A stretch of 64,000 nucleotides of DNA, taken from Candidatus Saccharimonadota bacterium (lineage in GTDB: Bacteria; Patescibacteriota; Saccharimonadia; Saccharimonadales; UBA10212). Below, piece after piece: positions 36,139-45,580 of the stretch (within the stretch, counting starts at the first letter, position 1; each line of letters begins with the position of its first letter). The stretch spans positions 238,178 through 302,177 of the forward strand of contig JACPKF010000001.1 in the NCBI GenBank assembly GCA_016187125.1, given 5' to 3'. Both the position numbers and the translations under genes were made by a program. The notes under the pieces were generated by a model that was not told the origin of the DNA, did not search any database, and saw nothing but the letters and a program-made list of their open reading frames with translations.

Positions 36139-36345
36139 ATGTTAGATTTTCTGCTTGTTTTAGGCCAGATACCTGGCACCAATATCCAGCTAGACTTCTG
36201 GGAATTTATTTTGGTTATTGTTGCAATTTGGTATGGGATCAGGCTTTGGCGTCGGCCGGCTACGCGCAGACGATTTATGTGGCGGCTCAAGCAGTTGGCT
36301 CTTTGGCTTGTTTTCCCCTTTATGTCACTTTATCGGCATCACTGA
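36139..36345 (+). CDS. small membrane protein (68 aa), hypothetical
   Basis: Two hydrophobic helices separated by the basic RLWRRPATRRRF. Overlaps the reconstructed sbcB 3' end by about 21 nt. Confidence 0.35.
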   Translation: MLDFLLVLGQIPGTNIQLDFWEFILVIVAIWYGIRLWRRPATRRRFMWRLKQLALWLVFPFMSLYRHH

Positions 36346-37595
36346 TTGCCCGTACAAGCTAAGTTCTCCCAGTAAATATTTCTGATTTTTATCCAGATGT
36401 GATTGCCCAGACAGTTCGGCGATACGCTTAAAATATTGTGACAATCGGCTAGCATTGCCGCCATCTTGCAAACGATGAGTTTTAAAATCTTGCCACCACC
36501 TTTGCTCTTGCTGATTTAATATATCCGGAAAATTGCGGGCTTTATAAAGCGGGAATACGCTGCGTTTAACTTTTCAGCAAATTTTTTAGCCTTTTGCAGC
36601 TTACCAAAATTAGTCTTTACTAATATAAGATCCAGTTTTAGCCGAGCGGCACTTTTGTCATCCAAAACAGACAGTGGCGCGATGGCCGGACATTTATTGT
36701 AAGACAGAATTTTTACCGGAAAATAAGCTACATCTTTCCCCCTCAGCGCCCATTTAGCCGCCAATTCGTCAGCCCGGAGTTTTGTAAACTCATCCGGATC
36801 AACCCGCAAATCATACATAAGAGCGCCGGGTCTATCCTGGCGAACTCCAACTCTTACAGCAACGGTTGTTTTTTCAAACTCGCTAGGGTAGCGGCCACTG
36901 GTATAAATCAGTGGCCGGCTACTATTTACCAAGGCTTCAACTTTATTCTTATCACGCAAATTAAGCAGATAATCAAACAGTTTTGGTTGTTTATTTTGAA
37001 TCATTCTGGCAACTGCCAGTGAAGCTTTAACGTCACTTAAGGCATCATGCGACAAATAGTGTTCTAATTGGTTCAGACTGCTAAGCAGTTCCAATTTGTT
37101 AGAAGCTTGGCCATCAGCGATGAATGGCCATTTGATACCCCTGGGGCGAAGGGCCCTGGTCATCCTGACGACGTCCAGTAGATCCCAGCGGCTGCGCTTA
37201 TCCTTCCATGACCATTCGTAAGCATCGGTAAAATTTCGCCAAAGCAAGAAGCGAATAAACTCATCATCAAAACGGATATTGTTAAAACCAACAACTATGG
37301 TGTCCTTAGTCGACACTTGCTCGGTAAAAAAAGCGGCAAACTGGGCTTCGCTGATACCTTCGTCCTGGGTTTTTTGAGGCGTGATGCCATGTATCAAAAC
37401 AGCCTCTGGATCGGGCAGCACATCAGGAGTTAGCTTGATTAAAATATTATCGGGCTGCCCCAGAGGTTTGAGGTTAAGATCGGTGCGCTGACCCCCGAAT
37501 TGCATAATCCGGCTAGTCTTGGGGTTTATGCCGCTGGTCTCCAGATCATAAAAATAAAAACTGGCCACGAGAGTAAGTTTAGCATTTCTTCTCAT
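36325..37595 (-). pseudogene. sbcB: exodeoxyribonuclease I (SbcB) interrupted by a 1-nt frameshift
   Basis: The N-terminal 359 aa (36516-37595) match ExoI motifs (FYDLETSG, HGITPQ, NNIRFDDEF, SRWDLLDV, HDALSDV). The conserved C-terminus YKARNFPDILNQQEQRWW... continues in another frame to a TGA at 36325-36327. The shift must lie within 36519-36573. The total length of 1271 nt is not a multiple of 3. Confidence 0.75.
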
Positions 37596-37628
37596 TAGAG
37601 GATCTTCTAGGGTATATTAAACATAAGT

Positions 37629-39701
37629 ATGATGCCGAAAATCTACGCGGCGATTGAGGCCGCCATAGCAAGTGGAGTACCACCCCAGTATGTGGCGGCT
37701 AATTTAATCCAACAAGGCTGGCCAGCCTCGGTAGTCAACGAAGCGCTGAGCGCCTGGCTGAACTCTCATGGCCGCTTGCAGCAAAAGACCGGCTTTGGAG
37801 CTTGGCTCAAAAAGTACCGGCATAAGGCCTTGCCAGCCATGTTGACAGTTACAACGCTCAGTATTATAAGCTCATCAATCGCCCTTTTAAAACCGTGGCC
37901 AACCAAAATAATGGTTGATTCGGCTTTCGGTAGCATCCCGGCGCCGGGGGCTTTGGCGTCCTACACCCACACGCCTACATTGATATTGATCACTTCGATT
38001 ATGACCATCGGCATCTTCGTCGTGGGTTCGATGTTTGGAATTTTGAGAGACTTTGTAGTGCTAAAACTTGGCTTCTGGCTTAACCGGGACATCAAAATGG
38101 AGACATTGCGGCATATTTTACATTTGCCGTTGTACCATCCTGAAAGGCTAGCCAAGGGCGATTACGTCTACCGGCAAAACACCCTGACCAACAGCTTGGC
38201 TGATCTGGTTCTGGATAGTACTGCGACTATTGCCGAATCGGTAATCATGATCTTTGGTGTGTCTGTTATCATGTTCCTGTTCGACCCCAAGCTCACGCTT
38301 ATTAGTCTGGTGGTTATTCCCTTTCTTTATCTGCTAATAAGGGTCTTTGGTCCGCCGCTTGGCACCTTGGCACTTCGGCTAACCGAAGTAGCCAGCCAGA
38401 CTTCTTCGACCATTAATGAATCTGTCGACAGCATCGAGACTATTCAATCGTTTAATATGGCCGACAAGCAACTGAATAAGGCCGACAGACTGTGGCAAAA
38501 AAGCTACAGCCTTTCCCGCAAAGGCCTTCTGCTCAGCCATTTCTACCGCTTCTCCAACGGCTCGCTAATAATACTGGGTACTTCGGCGGTCATGTATTTT
38601 GGCGGTACGGCGGCTTTGAATCAAGAGATAACGCTTGGCCAACTACTTATTTTTATGACCTACATGGGTTACCTGCTGGGCCCCGTCGAGGCTCTAGCTA
38701 ATGAAATCGCTACCCGCAACCAAAAAAAGGTGGACGTCAGTCGAGTATATGAAGTTTTAAGCGACCACGAAGGTATTGAGCAGCTGCGCCAAGAACATCA
38801 TTTCCCGATGCCCCGCGGCAAGATTGAGTTTCAGCATGTTAGCTACTCATATAAAGACCAGCCGGTACTCAAAGAAGTCAATCTAACTATCGAGCCTGGC
38901 CAAAAAATCGGCATCATCGGCCCCAGCGGCGGCGGCAAGAGCACTTTCTTAAAACTTTTCCCGCTATTTATCGAGCCTTCTGAGGGCCGGATATTGATAG
39001 ACAACACCGATATACAAACTGTCTCGCTTAAAGAACTACGCCAAAATATTGCCTGGATCAGCCAAACGCCGCAGCTTTTTAACGAGTCAATATTAGAGAA
39101 CTTAACCGACGGCAACGTTTACCGGCAAATGAGCCTGCCGGAAATCGGTGTAGCCATCACGGCCGCTAATGTCAAAGAGTTTACCGACCGCCTGCCGCAA
39201 CAACTGGCAACGCCAGCCGGCGAGGGCGGCAACGCCTTGAGCGGCGGCCAACGACAGCGGGTAGCCATAGCCCGGGGTCTGCTCAAGAATGCGCCTATCA
39301 TCTGCATGGACGAGCCAACGGCGGCCCTCGATAGCCAGAGCGAAAACAATATCGTCAGTTCGCTAGGTTCTATCATAAAAGGCAAAACAGTTATTTTGGT
39401 GACCCACCGCCGGGCGCTCCTAGCTTTGATGGATACTATTTATGTCATGGACAATGGCCAGCTGGTTGATGTCAATCAGCTCGGTGGTCTGGAACAGTAT
39501 TTGCAAAAAATCGAAGACAGAGAAACCGGATCTTCGAGTCAAGAAGCCGCGAGCGCCGCTTCGGGAGATGAAAATTATAAGCAGGCTACGGAAGAACTAG
39601 CCAAGCTCCGCGCCGTTAACGAACATCTCCAACTAGAAGTCCAGGCGGCCGACCAACATCAAAACCAGACGCTCGACGGGACTATTTTTATCAAGCATTA
39701 A
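37629..39701 (+). CDS. ABC exporter, fused permease/ATPase, with N- and C-terminal extensions
   Basis: 690 aa. Walker A GPSGGGKST, signature LSGGQRQRVAIAR, Walker B ICMDEPTAALD. It also has a ~60-aa N-terminal helical domain and a ~60-aa C-terminal coiled tail. Confidence 0.85.
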   Translation: MMPKIYAAIEAAIASGVPPQYVAANLIQQGWPASVVNEALSAWLNSHGRLQQKTGFGAWLKKYRHKALPAMLTVTTLSIISSSIALLKPWPTKIMVDSAFGSIPAPGALASYTHTPTLILITSIMTIGIFVVGSMFGILRDFVVLKLGFWLNRDIKMETLRHILHLPLYHPERLAKGDYVYRQNTLTNSLADLVLDSTATIAESVIMIFGVSVIMFLFDPKLTLISLVVIPFLYLLIRVFGPPLGTLALRLTEVASQTSSTINESVDSIETIQSFNMADKQLNKADRLWQKSYSLSRKGLLLSHFYRFSNGSLIILGTSAVMYFGGTAALNQEITLGQLLIFMTYMGYLLGPVEALANEIATRNQKKVDVSRVYEVLSDHEGIEQLRQEHHFPMPRGKIEFQHVSYSYKDQPVLKEVNLTIEPGQKIGIIGPSGGGKSTFLKLFPLFIEPSEGRILIDNTDIQTVSLKELRQNIAWISQTPQLFNESILENLTDGNVYRQMSLPEIGVAITAANVKEFTDRLPQQLATPAGEGGNALSGGQRQRVAIARGLLKNAPIICMDEPTAALDSQSENNIVSSLGSIIKGKTVILVTHRRALLALMDTIYVMDNGQLVDVNQLGGLEQYLQKIEDRETGSSSQEAASAASGDENYKQATEELAKLRAVNEHLQLEVQAADQHQNQTLDGTIFIKH

Positions 39702-39734
39702 GCCTGGCTAAACTCTGCTTGTTTTCCCGAATGA

Positions 39735-42599
39735 TTATTTTTTCTTGCCACTGGCCGGTTTAGCGTTGGAACCACCACTGATGGGTTTCGTAAAGGCGGC
39801 TGATTTACTGGGAGTCGGGTTAAAAGCGTTGGGGGCGAATTGGACTATGGAAGGCTTAGGCGGAGCAACCGAAACTACTACCGGCGGTTTGGGTGTTGGT
39901 TTGGGAGCGGCAGCTACAACCGGTGGTTTAGGTGTTGGTTTGGGGGCAGCAGCCGCGACTGGTGGTTTAGGTTTGGGCGGAGGGACGGAGGTTGTTGCAA
40001 AGGGTTTGGGTGTTGGTTTGGGAGCGGCAGCTACAACCGGTGGTTTAGGTGTTGGCTTAGGAGCAGCAGTTGCTACTACTGGTAGTTTCTTGGGCGGCGC
40101 CACTGGAGTAGGACTACTCATAACTACTTTTTTAGGCGGAGCGACCGAAGCTACTACTGACTTAGGTTTGGGCGGTGCTCCGGGGACAGGACTACTCATG
40201 ATGGGCTTAGACGGGAAGATTGTTGCCCCTGGCGTAGGCACTCCGGGTACAGGACTACTCATAGACACTAAGGCCGGTTTGGGCGGTGCTCCGGGGACAG
40301 GACTACTCATGATGGGCTTAGTAGGTATCGGAGATACTGCCGGCGAACTGGCAAGACCTCTCTCAGGACTGTTAGAGAAGCCAAAGGATGATGTTGCTAC
40401 AGCTGCTGGGACTACTGTCTTAGGGGGGGTAGCTAGCGGTGCGGTCTGGGCAGCATTGATAGCTGCCGCTTCAAGGTCATCGAAAGAAACCTTGGGCTGA
40501 GGAGGGATAGTCGGAGCGGCTACCGGAGCTGCTGATGCCGGAGGGGTAGCTAGCGGTGCGGTCTGGGCAGCATTGATAGCTGCCGCTTCAAGGTCATCAT
40601 ACGAAGCCTTATTTGCCTTAGCTGTGGTGGTCGGGGGAGTTAGAGGTACAGAATTGTCCTTAGCGTCCATAGCAGCATGATGATCAAAGACTTTTTGGGC
40701 TGAAGATTCAAAAGCTGATCCCAGAGGTTTGACATTATTATTTAGTGAGGCATTACCTACATCATCTGGCAGAGGGGTAGCTGATCCTATCGGCGCAGTT
40801 TGATCAGGATTGCTGGCTGCCATTATAGCGTCATCTAAGGAGGGTCTAGGCAGAGGAGAAGCTGCCGGGGTTACTGACGCCGGAGGGATAGCTGATGTTG
40901 ATCCTGTTGGTATAGTCGGTGCATCATCTCCCAATGCAGCCGCGTGGTGCGCTTGTACTACTGGATTATTACTAATGGCAACATTTATCCTGGTTGCCGG
41001 AGTCGAGGCAGGCAGAGCCGTTGCCTTAGGTTCAGGCACTCCCGGAACAGAACTGGGTATTGCCGGAGCCTTTCGGATCGTGTAAGGTGTATGGCCTTCA
41101 ACTTGCTCAATTTTAGCGCCCGATGCCGTGGTAGTTATAGTTACACCAGGGCTAGGATGTTCAGTCTTAACAGGCTTAGCGCCACCAGTATAGGCCGGTG
41201 GATAGACAGGAGGTGCTGCTCCTGGAACAGGACTAGGCATGGTAGGTTGAGACGGTGTTACTACCGGAACAGAACTGCCCATAATGGGCTGGGGCGACAC
41301 TCCCGGAACAGGACTACTCATAGCTGGGGCTTGACTTGTCGTAGGAAAAGATAAAGATACGGGAACGCTACCAAAGTCCGTAGTAACAGGCGCTTTGCTA
41401 CTGGGAGGTGGGAAGTGGGCTGTGTCATTAGAGGCGATCGACGACTTAGAAGAAGATGCTACCAACGGATTGACAAGACCTCTTTCAGAAGTGCTGGGAG
41501 AACCAAAAGATGTTGCCGGCAGATTCACGGTGCCTCTGTCAAAAAGGCTATGACTATCAAGAGATGGAAAGTGGGCTGTGTCATTTGCGGCAACTAGGCT
41601 TGCCGAGGCTGTTGGGGTTTGTAAGGCTGATGGATCGCCATCGCCAGAGTCACCCCTGCCTTGACCATCTTGAACAACAAGATGCTCGCTCAATATACCG
41701 CTGCCGATAGCTTTATTAACTTGCGCTTGGTTTAGATGGGAAGTGTCCCACACTTCACCGTTTTTAATAAATGATGCGTAGCCGTCAGTAAAGATACGCT
41801 CTACTACTCCGGTTTTGGGGTCTTCAATGGTTTTAAGAATATTGTCCGTAGTGTGAGGTACCGGATGAGATTTAATCTGAAAATACTGACTAGCTGCTGC
41901 TTGGTTCCGGGGAGGCATCGCAGCCGCGGAAGCGGCTGCCGGCGCGACTGCTTTAGCTATATCTGGAGAAGTTTCGCCACCGACAACTCCAAGTGGTCTC
42001 GGCGTAACTTGATCGCCTCTTAGCCCGCCGCCAGCTGGCGGCTCTGTGCCTGGAGGTGTTTCGCCACTGCCGCCACCGAACGGGTTGGTACGAACAGGAA
42101 TGCCCCCGCCAGGTGCTGCTGGAGGGGTGGTCACATCTCTTGGCTTAACATCCGTTTGGGTGCCAGGTCCGTAAGGGGTCGGAGCACCCGTATCTAAGAC
42201 TTTGCCACGATCACCATATTTAGTCCATGAACCATCAGGTTTATAAACTGTTACTGAACCATCGGGATTTCTAGTAATTTTTTCGCCGCCGGGAGTTGTA
42301 TGTTCTTTCAACGGTGATGTATTAGCCGCTGCGGCTAGCGCATTGTTTGGTACACTTGCTGTTGGAGCCTCAGAACTATCCTGCGGATCAGTAGAATAAG
42401 AAGTAACTAAGCCGTTCTTGCTGTAAACGTAGCCTGTCTTTCCGTCTGGGGAAACGGTTGTGTATTGACCACCATCGTTTAGATTGAAGTAGCCGCCTTT
42501 TTTTACCCAGGTGTCGCCAGTCCAGCTCCACCCATCACCGGGGGGTTTCGATGGAATCTTATTACCCTCTTTCTTACGACCTAGGCCGAAAAGTGCCAT
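39735..42599 (-). CDS. 954-aa proline/alanine/serine-rich modular repeat protein, unknown function
   Basis: A long ORF with a good AAGGA-type RBS. The N-terminus has beta-hairpin-like repeats (GWSWTGDTWVKKGGYF, SPDGKTGYVYSKNG, NPDGSVTVYKPDGSW). The rest is PxP-rich with exact internal DNA repeats. Confidence 0.7.
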   Translation of the reverse strand: MALFGLGRKKEGNKIPSKPPGDGWSWTGDTWVKKGGYFNLNDGGQYTTVSPDGKTGYVYSKNGLVTSYSTDPQDSSEAPTASVPNNALAAAANTSPLKEHTTPGGEKITRNPDGSVTVYKPDGSWTKYGDRGKVLDTGAPTPYGPGTQTDVKPRDVTTPPAAPGGGIPVRTNPFGGGSGETPPGTEPPAGGGLRGDQVTPRPLGVVGGETSPDIAKAVAPAAASAAAMPPRNQAAASQYFQIKSHPVPHTTDNILKTIEDPKTGVVERIFTDGYASFIKNGEVWDTSHLNQAQVNKAIGSGILSEHLVVQDGQGRGDSGDGDPSALQTPTASASLVAANDTAHFPSLDSHSLFDRGTVNLPATSFGSPSTSERGLVNPLVASSSKSSIASNDTAHFPPPSSKAPVTTDFGSVPVSLSFPTTSQAPAMSSPVPGVSPQPIMGSSVPVVTPSQPTMPSPVPGAAPPVYPPAYTGGAKPVKTEHPSPGVTITTTASGAKIEQVEGHTPYTIRKAPAIPSSVPGVPEPKATALPASTPATRINVAISNNPVVQAHHAAALGDDAPTIPTGSTSAIPPASVTPAASPLPRPSLDDAIMAASNPDQTAPIGSATPLPDDVGNASLNNNVKPLGSAFESSAQKVFDHHAAMDAKDNSVPLTPPTTTAKANKASYDDLEAAAINAAQTAPLATPPASAAPVAAPTIPPQPKVSFDDLEAAAINAAQTAPLATPPKTVVPAAVATSSFGFSNSPERGLASSPAVSPIPTKPIMSSPVPGAPPKPALVSMSSPVPGVPTPGATIFPSKPIMSSPVPGAPPKPKSVVASVAPPKKVVMSSPTPVAPPKKLPVVATAAPKPTPKPPVVAAAPKPTPKPFATTSVPPPKPKPPVAAAAPKPTPKPPVVAAAPKPTPKPPVVVSVAPPKPSIVQFAPNAFNPTPSKSAAFTKPISGGSNAKPASGKKK

Positions 42600-42729
42600 T
42601 TTTTTCCTTTTTTATTTTGTTAGAAAGCGCTTATGCTGTTAGATTAGGCTCTTTCGGGCTGGCCGTCAATAGTTATTTTAACCTGGCTCTCAAAACCCCT
42701 CATCAAAGCTCATCGCCCAAGGTGCGACT

Positions 42730-42770
42730 CATCCGTTATTTACAAGGAGGCTCCTTGTAAATAACGGATG
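42730..42770. repeat. 41-nt hairpin (19-bp perfect stem, 3-nt loop) between obg and the Pro-rich gene
   Basis: CATCCGTTATTTACAAGGA-GGC-TCCTTGTAAATAACGGATG. Confidence 0.85.
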
Positions 42771-42819
42771 GAAAATGGTTTGACGTGTTATACCAGGATT
42801 TTGAGACTTAGGTTTATTT

Positions 42820-44094
42820 TTAGTACTTCAGCGATCCGATTTCGGGATGGCCGATTTGGATTTTTTGGTCAGCTTCAATACCTTGGCGCTCCAGTTCGGA
42901 CATTATGCCCATTTTACGCATGATGTCGCGCAGACGTTGCTGGCCGAAATTATCAAAGTTAGTGCGCTGGGCAAAACGTTCAATCTTGCGACCCTTGATT
43001 ATAAAACCATCACCGGTTTTTTCTACGCGCCAAGAACCTTCGTCCTCACGCAGGCCTATCACTGGTATATTCATTACAGGCTCTACCTTCCCGGCTTTTT
43101 TGCGTGAACTCACCAGGGTTTTTTGAACTGTTCTGAGCAACTGTTTGATACCCTCCCCGCTGCTGCTGGAGATTGCTAAAACCGGCGTGGATTTAGGCAC
43201 AATTGCCTTAAGAGATTTTAGCTTTGAGCCCAGCTGCTTTTCATCCAGGCCTTCGGTTTTAGTTAAAGCGATTACCTGGGGGCGATGACTAAGATCAATT
43301 TTGTAATCATGCAACTCTTTAATAATGGTTTTGTAAGCCAAGCAAATATCTTGGCTATATACATCAATCAAATGGACTAGTAGTCCGGTGCGTTCTACGT
43401 GGCGCAGAAACTCATCGCCTAAACCTTTGCCTTGGCTGGCGCCCTCAATCAAACCCGGAATATCGGCGAACAGCAGGCTATTTTTGCCATCAACATCAAC
43501 TACCCCAAGATTGGGAACTAGCGTGGTAAAAGGATAATTGGCAATGGTTGGCTTGGCGTTGCTGATAACCGACAGCAAAGTTGATTTGCCAGCGTTGGGC
43601 AAGCCGACTATACCGACGTCGGCAATCATTTTAAGCTCCAGGGTGGCGGTGACTTCCTGACCTGGTTCGCCTTTCTCGGCAACTCTGGGAGCTTGGCGAG
43701 TGGAGCTTACAAAATGAGCGTTGCCATAGCCGCCTTTGCCGCCAGCGGCAATAACCACTGTTTGGCGATTCTCAGTTAAATCAGCCAGCACATCTGAGTC
43801 TTGACTAACCACCGTGCCAATGGGCACTGCCACTTCCAGATCAGGGCTGCTTTTACCGTGGCGTTTGGCCCGGCCGCCATTCTGACCGCTTTGGGCCTTA
43901 AGCAATTTTTTATAACGAAAGTCGGCTAGAGTATTTTGGTTAGTGCTGGCCAGCAAAATAACATTACCGCCGTTGCCACCGTCGCCGCCGTCCGGTCCGC
44001 CTAAAGACCTAAATTTCTCACGCCGAAAACTGACGATTCCATCACCGCCGTCGCCAGCTTTAAAAGTAACCTCTACCCTATCCACGAAACCCAT
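42820..44094 (-). CDS. obg: GTPase Obg/CgtA
   Basis: Gly-rich Obg fold N-terminus (GDGGDG, GGNGGNV), G1 GLPNAGKST, G3 DIPGLIEGA and a C-terminal OCT-like domain. Confidence 0.95.
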   Translation of the reverse strand: MGFVDRVEVTFKAGDGGDGIVSFRREKFRSLGGPDGGDGGNGGNVILLASTNQNTLADFRYKKLLKAQSGQNGGRAKRHGKSSPDLEVAVPIGTVVSQDSDVLADLTENRQTVVIAAGGKGGYGNAHFVSSTRQAPRVAEKGEPGQEVTATLELKMIADVGIVGLPNAGKSTLLSVISNAKPTIANYPFTTLVPNLGVVDVDGKNSLLFADIPGLIEGASQGKGLGDEFLRHVERTGLLVHLIDVYSQDICLAYKTIIKELHDYKIDLSHRPQVIALTKTEGLDEKQLGSKLKSLKAIVPKSTPVLAISSSSGEGIKQLLRTVQKTLVSSRKKAGKVEPVMNIPVIGLREDEGSWRVEKTGDGFIIKGRKIERFAQRTNFDNFGQQRLRDIMRKMGIMSELERQGIEADQKIQIGHPEIGSLKY

Positions 44095-44198
44095 ACCTAA
44101 AGAGTACCTAGTCGCTAGTCGCTAGTCCATAGCCGACTAGCTCTCAGTCCTTAGCCGTTAGCTCATAGCTAGGTGCTATCAGCTATGTGCTAGGAGCT

Positions 44199-45326
44199 TT
44201 AGCGGTAGATATAACGCTGAAAACGAGATATTGGCACCCAGTCACTGGTGCCAACCCGCCCCCAACCAGCTAGGCCATTCATGTCGGAGTATTTTATCAT
44301 CGTGCCATCCGGTGATACTGCTTCAACAAGTCCCACATGACCAAGGTAACTCATTGAGTCAGATTGGGCGATAGCGCCAGGTTTTGGCACAGTGCTTACA
44401 GTCCAGCCAGATAGTACTGCATAATTATCCCAGGTATTGGCATTCCCCCAATTGGTCGGGAGAGCGACCTTAGAAGCCACATAATAGGTACAGTAGCCAT
44501 AATCGTAGCCATTGCTACCGCCATAGCTGGCCGTAAAACTACTGGTATAACTGCTATAAGTTAAGCTTGAAGCTACATTTGACACAACCACTACGCCGTT
44601 TGGTACCACGATTTGCTCTCCCGGCTTCAAGCCGCCAAGTTCGGCGTCGTTATAAGTGATTATCAAACGTTCGTCGGTTTGATATCGTCCGGCTATGGAG
44701 GCAGCACTGTCTCCAGCTTTAACAGTGTAAACTACTCCGTTCACGGGAGGGATGCTAAGGTTGGTGCCAGCAGCAACATTATTGCCATAAATGTTATTAG
44801 ACCAACGTACAGTGTCAGCCGTGATGCCATATTTTTCGCTAATACTGGCAATACTGTCACCAGCAACAACTGTGTAGTGAATAATATCTTGTTTGGATTT
44901 TCCGGCCGTAGCTACGATCTGCGGCTTGGCTAAAGCCGTAGAATCGCTCGGTGTAAGTTTGAGTAAAATAATGTCAGAATCGGCCTGGTTGCGCACGGCC
45001 GTTGTTTCGGGCAAACGGGTCATCTGAGCAGCCGTTAGAGCAATCTGCGCAGAAGACAACTGATCAAGCGGGCTAGTCTGGACATTGCTGATTGATACGG
45101 CACTGGCAACTGTGCTGGCTCTAATGGTTTGGCTAGCCGAACGATTGACCACTATAAAAGCTGCTACGCCTATAAGTAGCAGAAAATTACCTGCTACCAG
45201 ACCCCATTTAACCAATCGGCGTTTACTACGCTTCTTCAACTTTGGCGTTCCAGGCAAAGCCGCCAGTGAATCAGGACGCGGCATTTTCTTCACCAGTTCG
45301 CTAATTAAAACTTGTGCTTTACGCAT
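44199..45326 (-). CDS. membrane-anchored peptidoglycan hydrolase: two LysM domains plus a C-terminal CHAP/NlpC-P60-like domain
   Basis: YTVVAGDSIASISEKYG and YTVKAGDSAASIAGRY LysM cores. The C-terminal GYCTYYV...GHVGLVEAV is a Cys/His catalytic pattern. Confidence 0.8.
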   Translation of the reverse strand: MRKAQVLISELVKKMPRPDSLAALPGTPKLKKRSKRRLVKWGLVAGNFLLLIGVAAFIVVNRSASQTIRASTVASAVSISNVQTSPLDQLSSAQIALTAAQMTRLPETTAVRNQADSDIILLKLTPSDSTALAKPQIVATAGKSKQDIIHYTVVAGDSIASISEKYGITADTVRWSNNIYGNNVAAGTNLSIPPVNGVVYTVKAGDSAASIAGRYQTDERLIITYNDAELGGLKPGEQIVVPNGVVVVSNVASSLTYSSYTSSFTASYGGSNGYDYGYCTYYVASKVALPTNWGNANTWDNYAVLSGWTVSTVPKPGAIAQSDSMSYLGHVGLVEAVSPDGTMIKYSDMNGLAGWGRVGTSDWVPISRFQRYIYR

Positions 45327-45580
45327 TGCTACATTATATCAATTGATAGTGTTCGCCACTACTGTTTCACATCCGTTCAAGGACTTCCTGACCGTCTGGA
45401 AAAGTCCGTTAACGAAACTCCCGAGTTCCCGAGGGACTCCGCCCTTAGCGGACAGCGAAACCGGTTCCATTGGGATTAGCAACTTTCTACTACCGGACGC
45501 ACCCAGTAGTTGACTTTCGCGACTGTCCCGACTTTGTAGGGACGCTGTATCCGCTAAAGGCGGATAACCGCGAAAGCTCA

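Noticed and set aside
39890-40110. Regularly spaced ~36-45-nt repeats that could suggest a CRISPR array
   Set aside because: They lie inside one continuous ORF and encode KPTPKPPVVAAAP modules. The apparent spacers are also repetitive. No cas genes are present.
39745-40500. 251-aa Gly-rich plus-strand ORF, and other plus-strand ORFs at 39840-41710
   Set aside because: These are the antisense shadow of the Pro-rich minus-strand gene, because GGN is the complement of NCC. There is no RBS or independent support.
43041-43060. VIGL peptide in Obg (and VIGLTIF in the FtsX permease at about 3595-3620) as further copies of the 23-nt palindrome
   Set aside because: The nucleotide sequences (CAGGCCTATCAC, GTCATTGGCTTAACC) do not match the palindrome. 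The peptide similarity is coincidental.
45327-45580. c-di-AMP (ydaO) riboswitch upstream of the LysM/CHAP hydrolase gene
   Set aside because: The conserved GGGGA-CCCA / GGGGUGAAUCC / CCCGAACCCG blocks are not present. The region is kept only as an unclassified structured leader.
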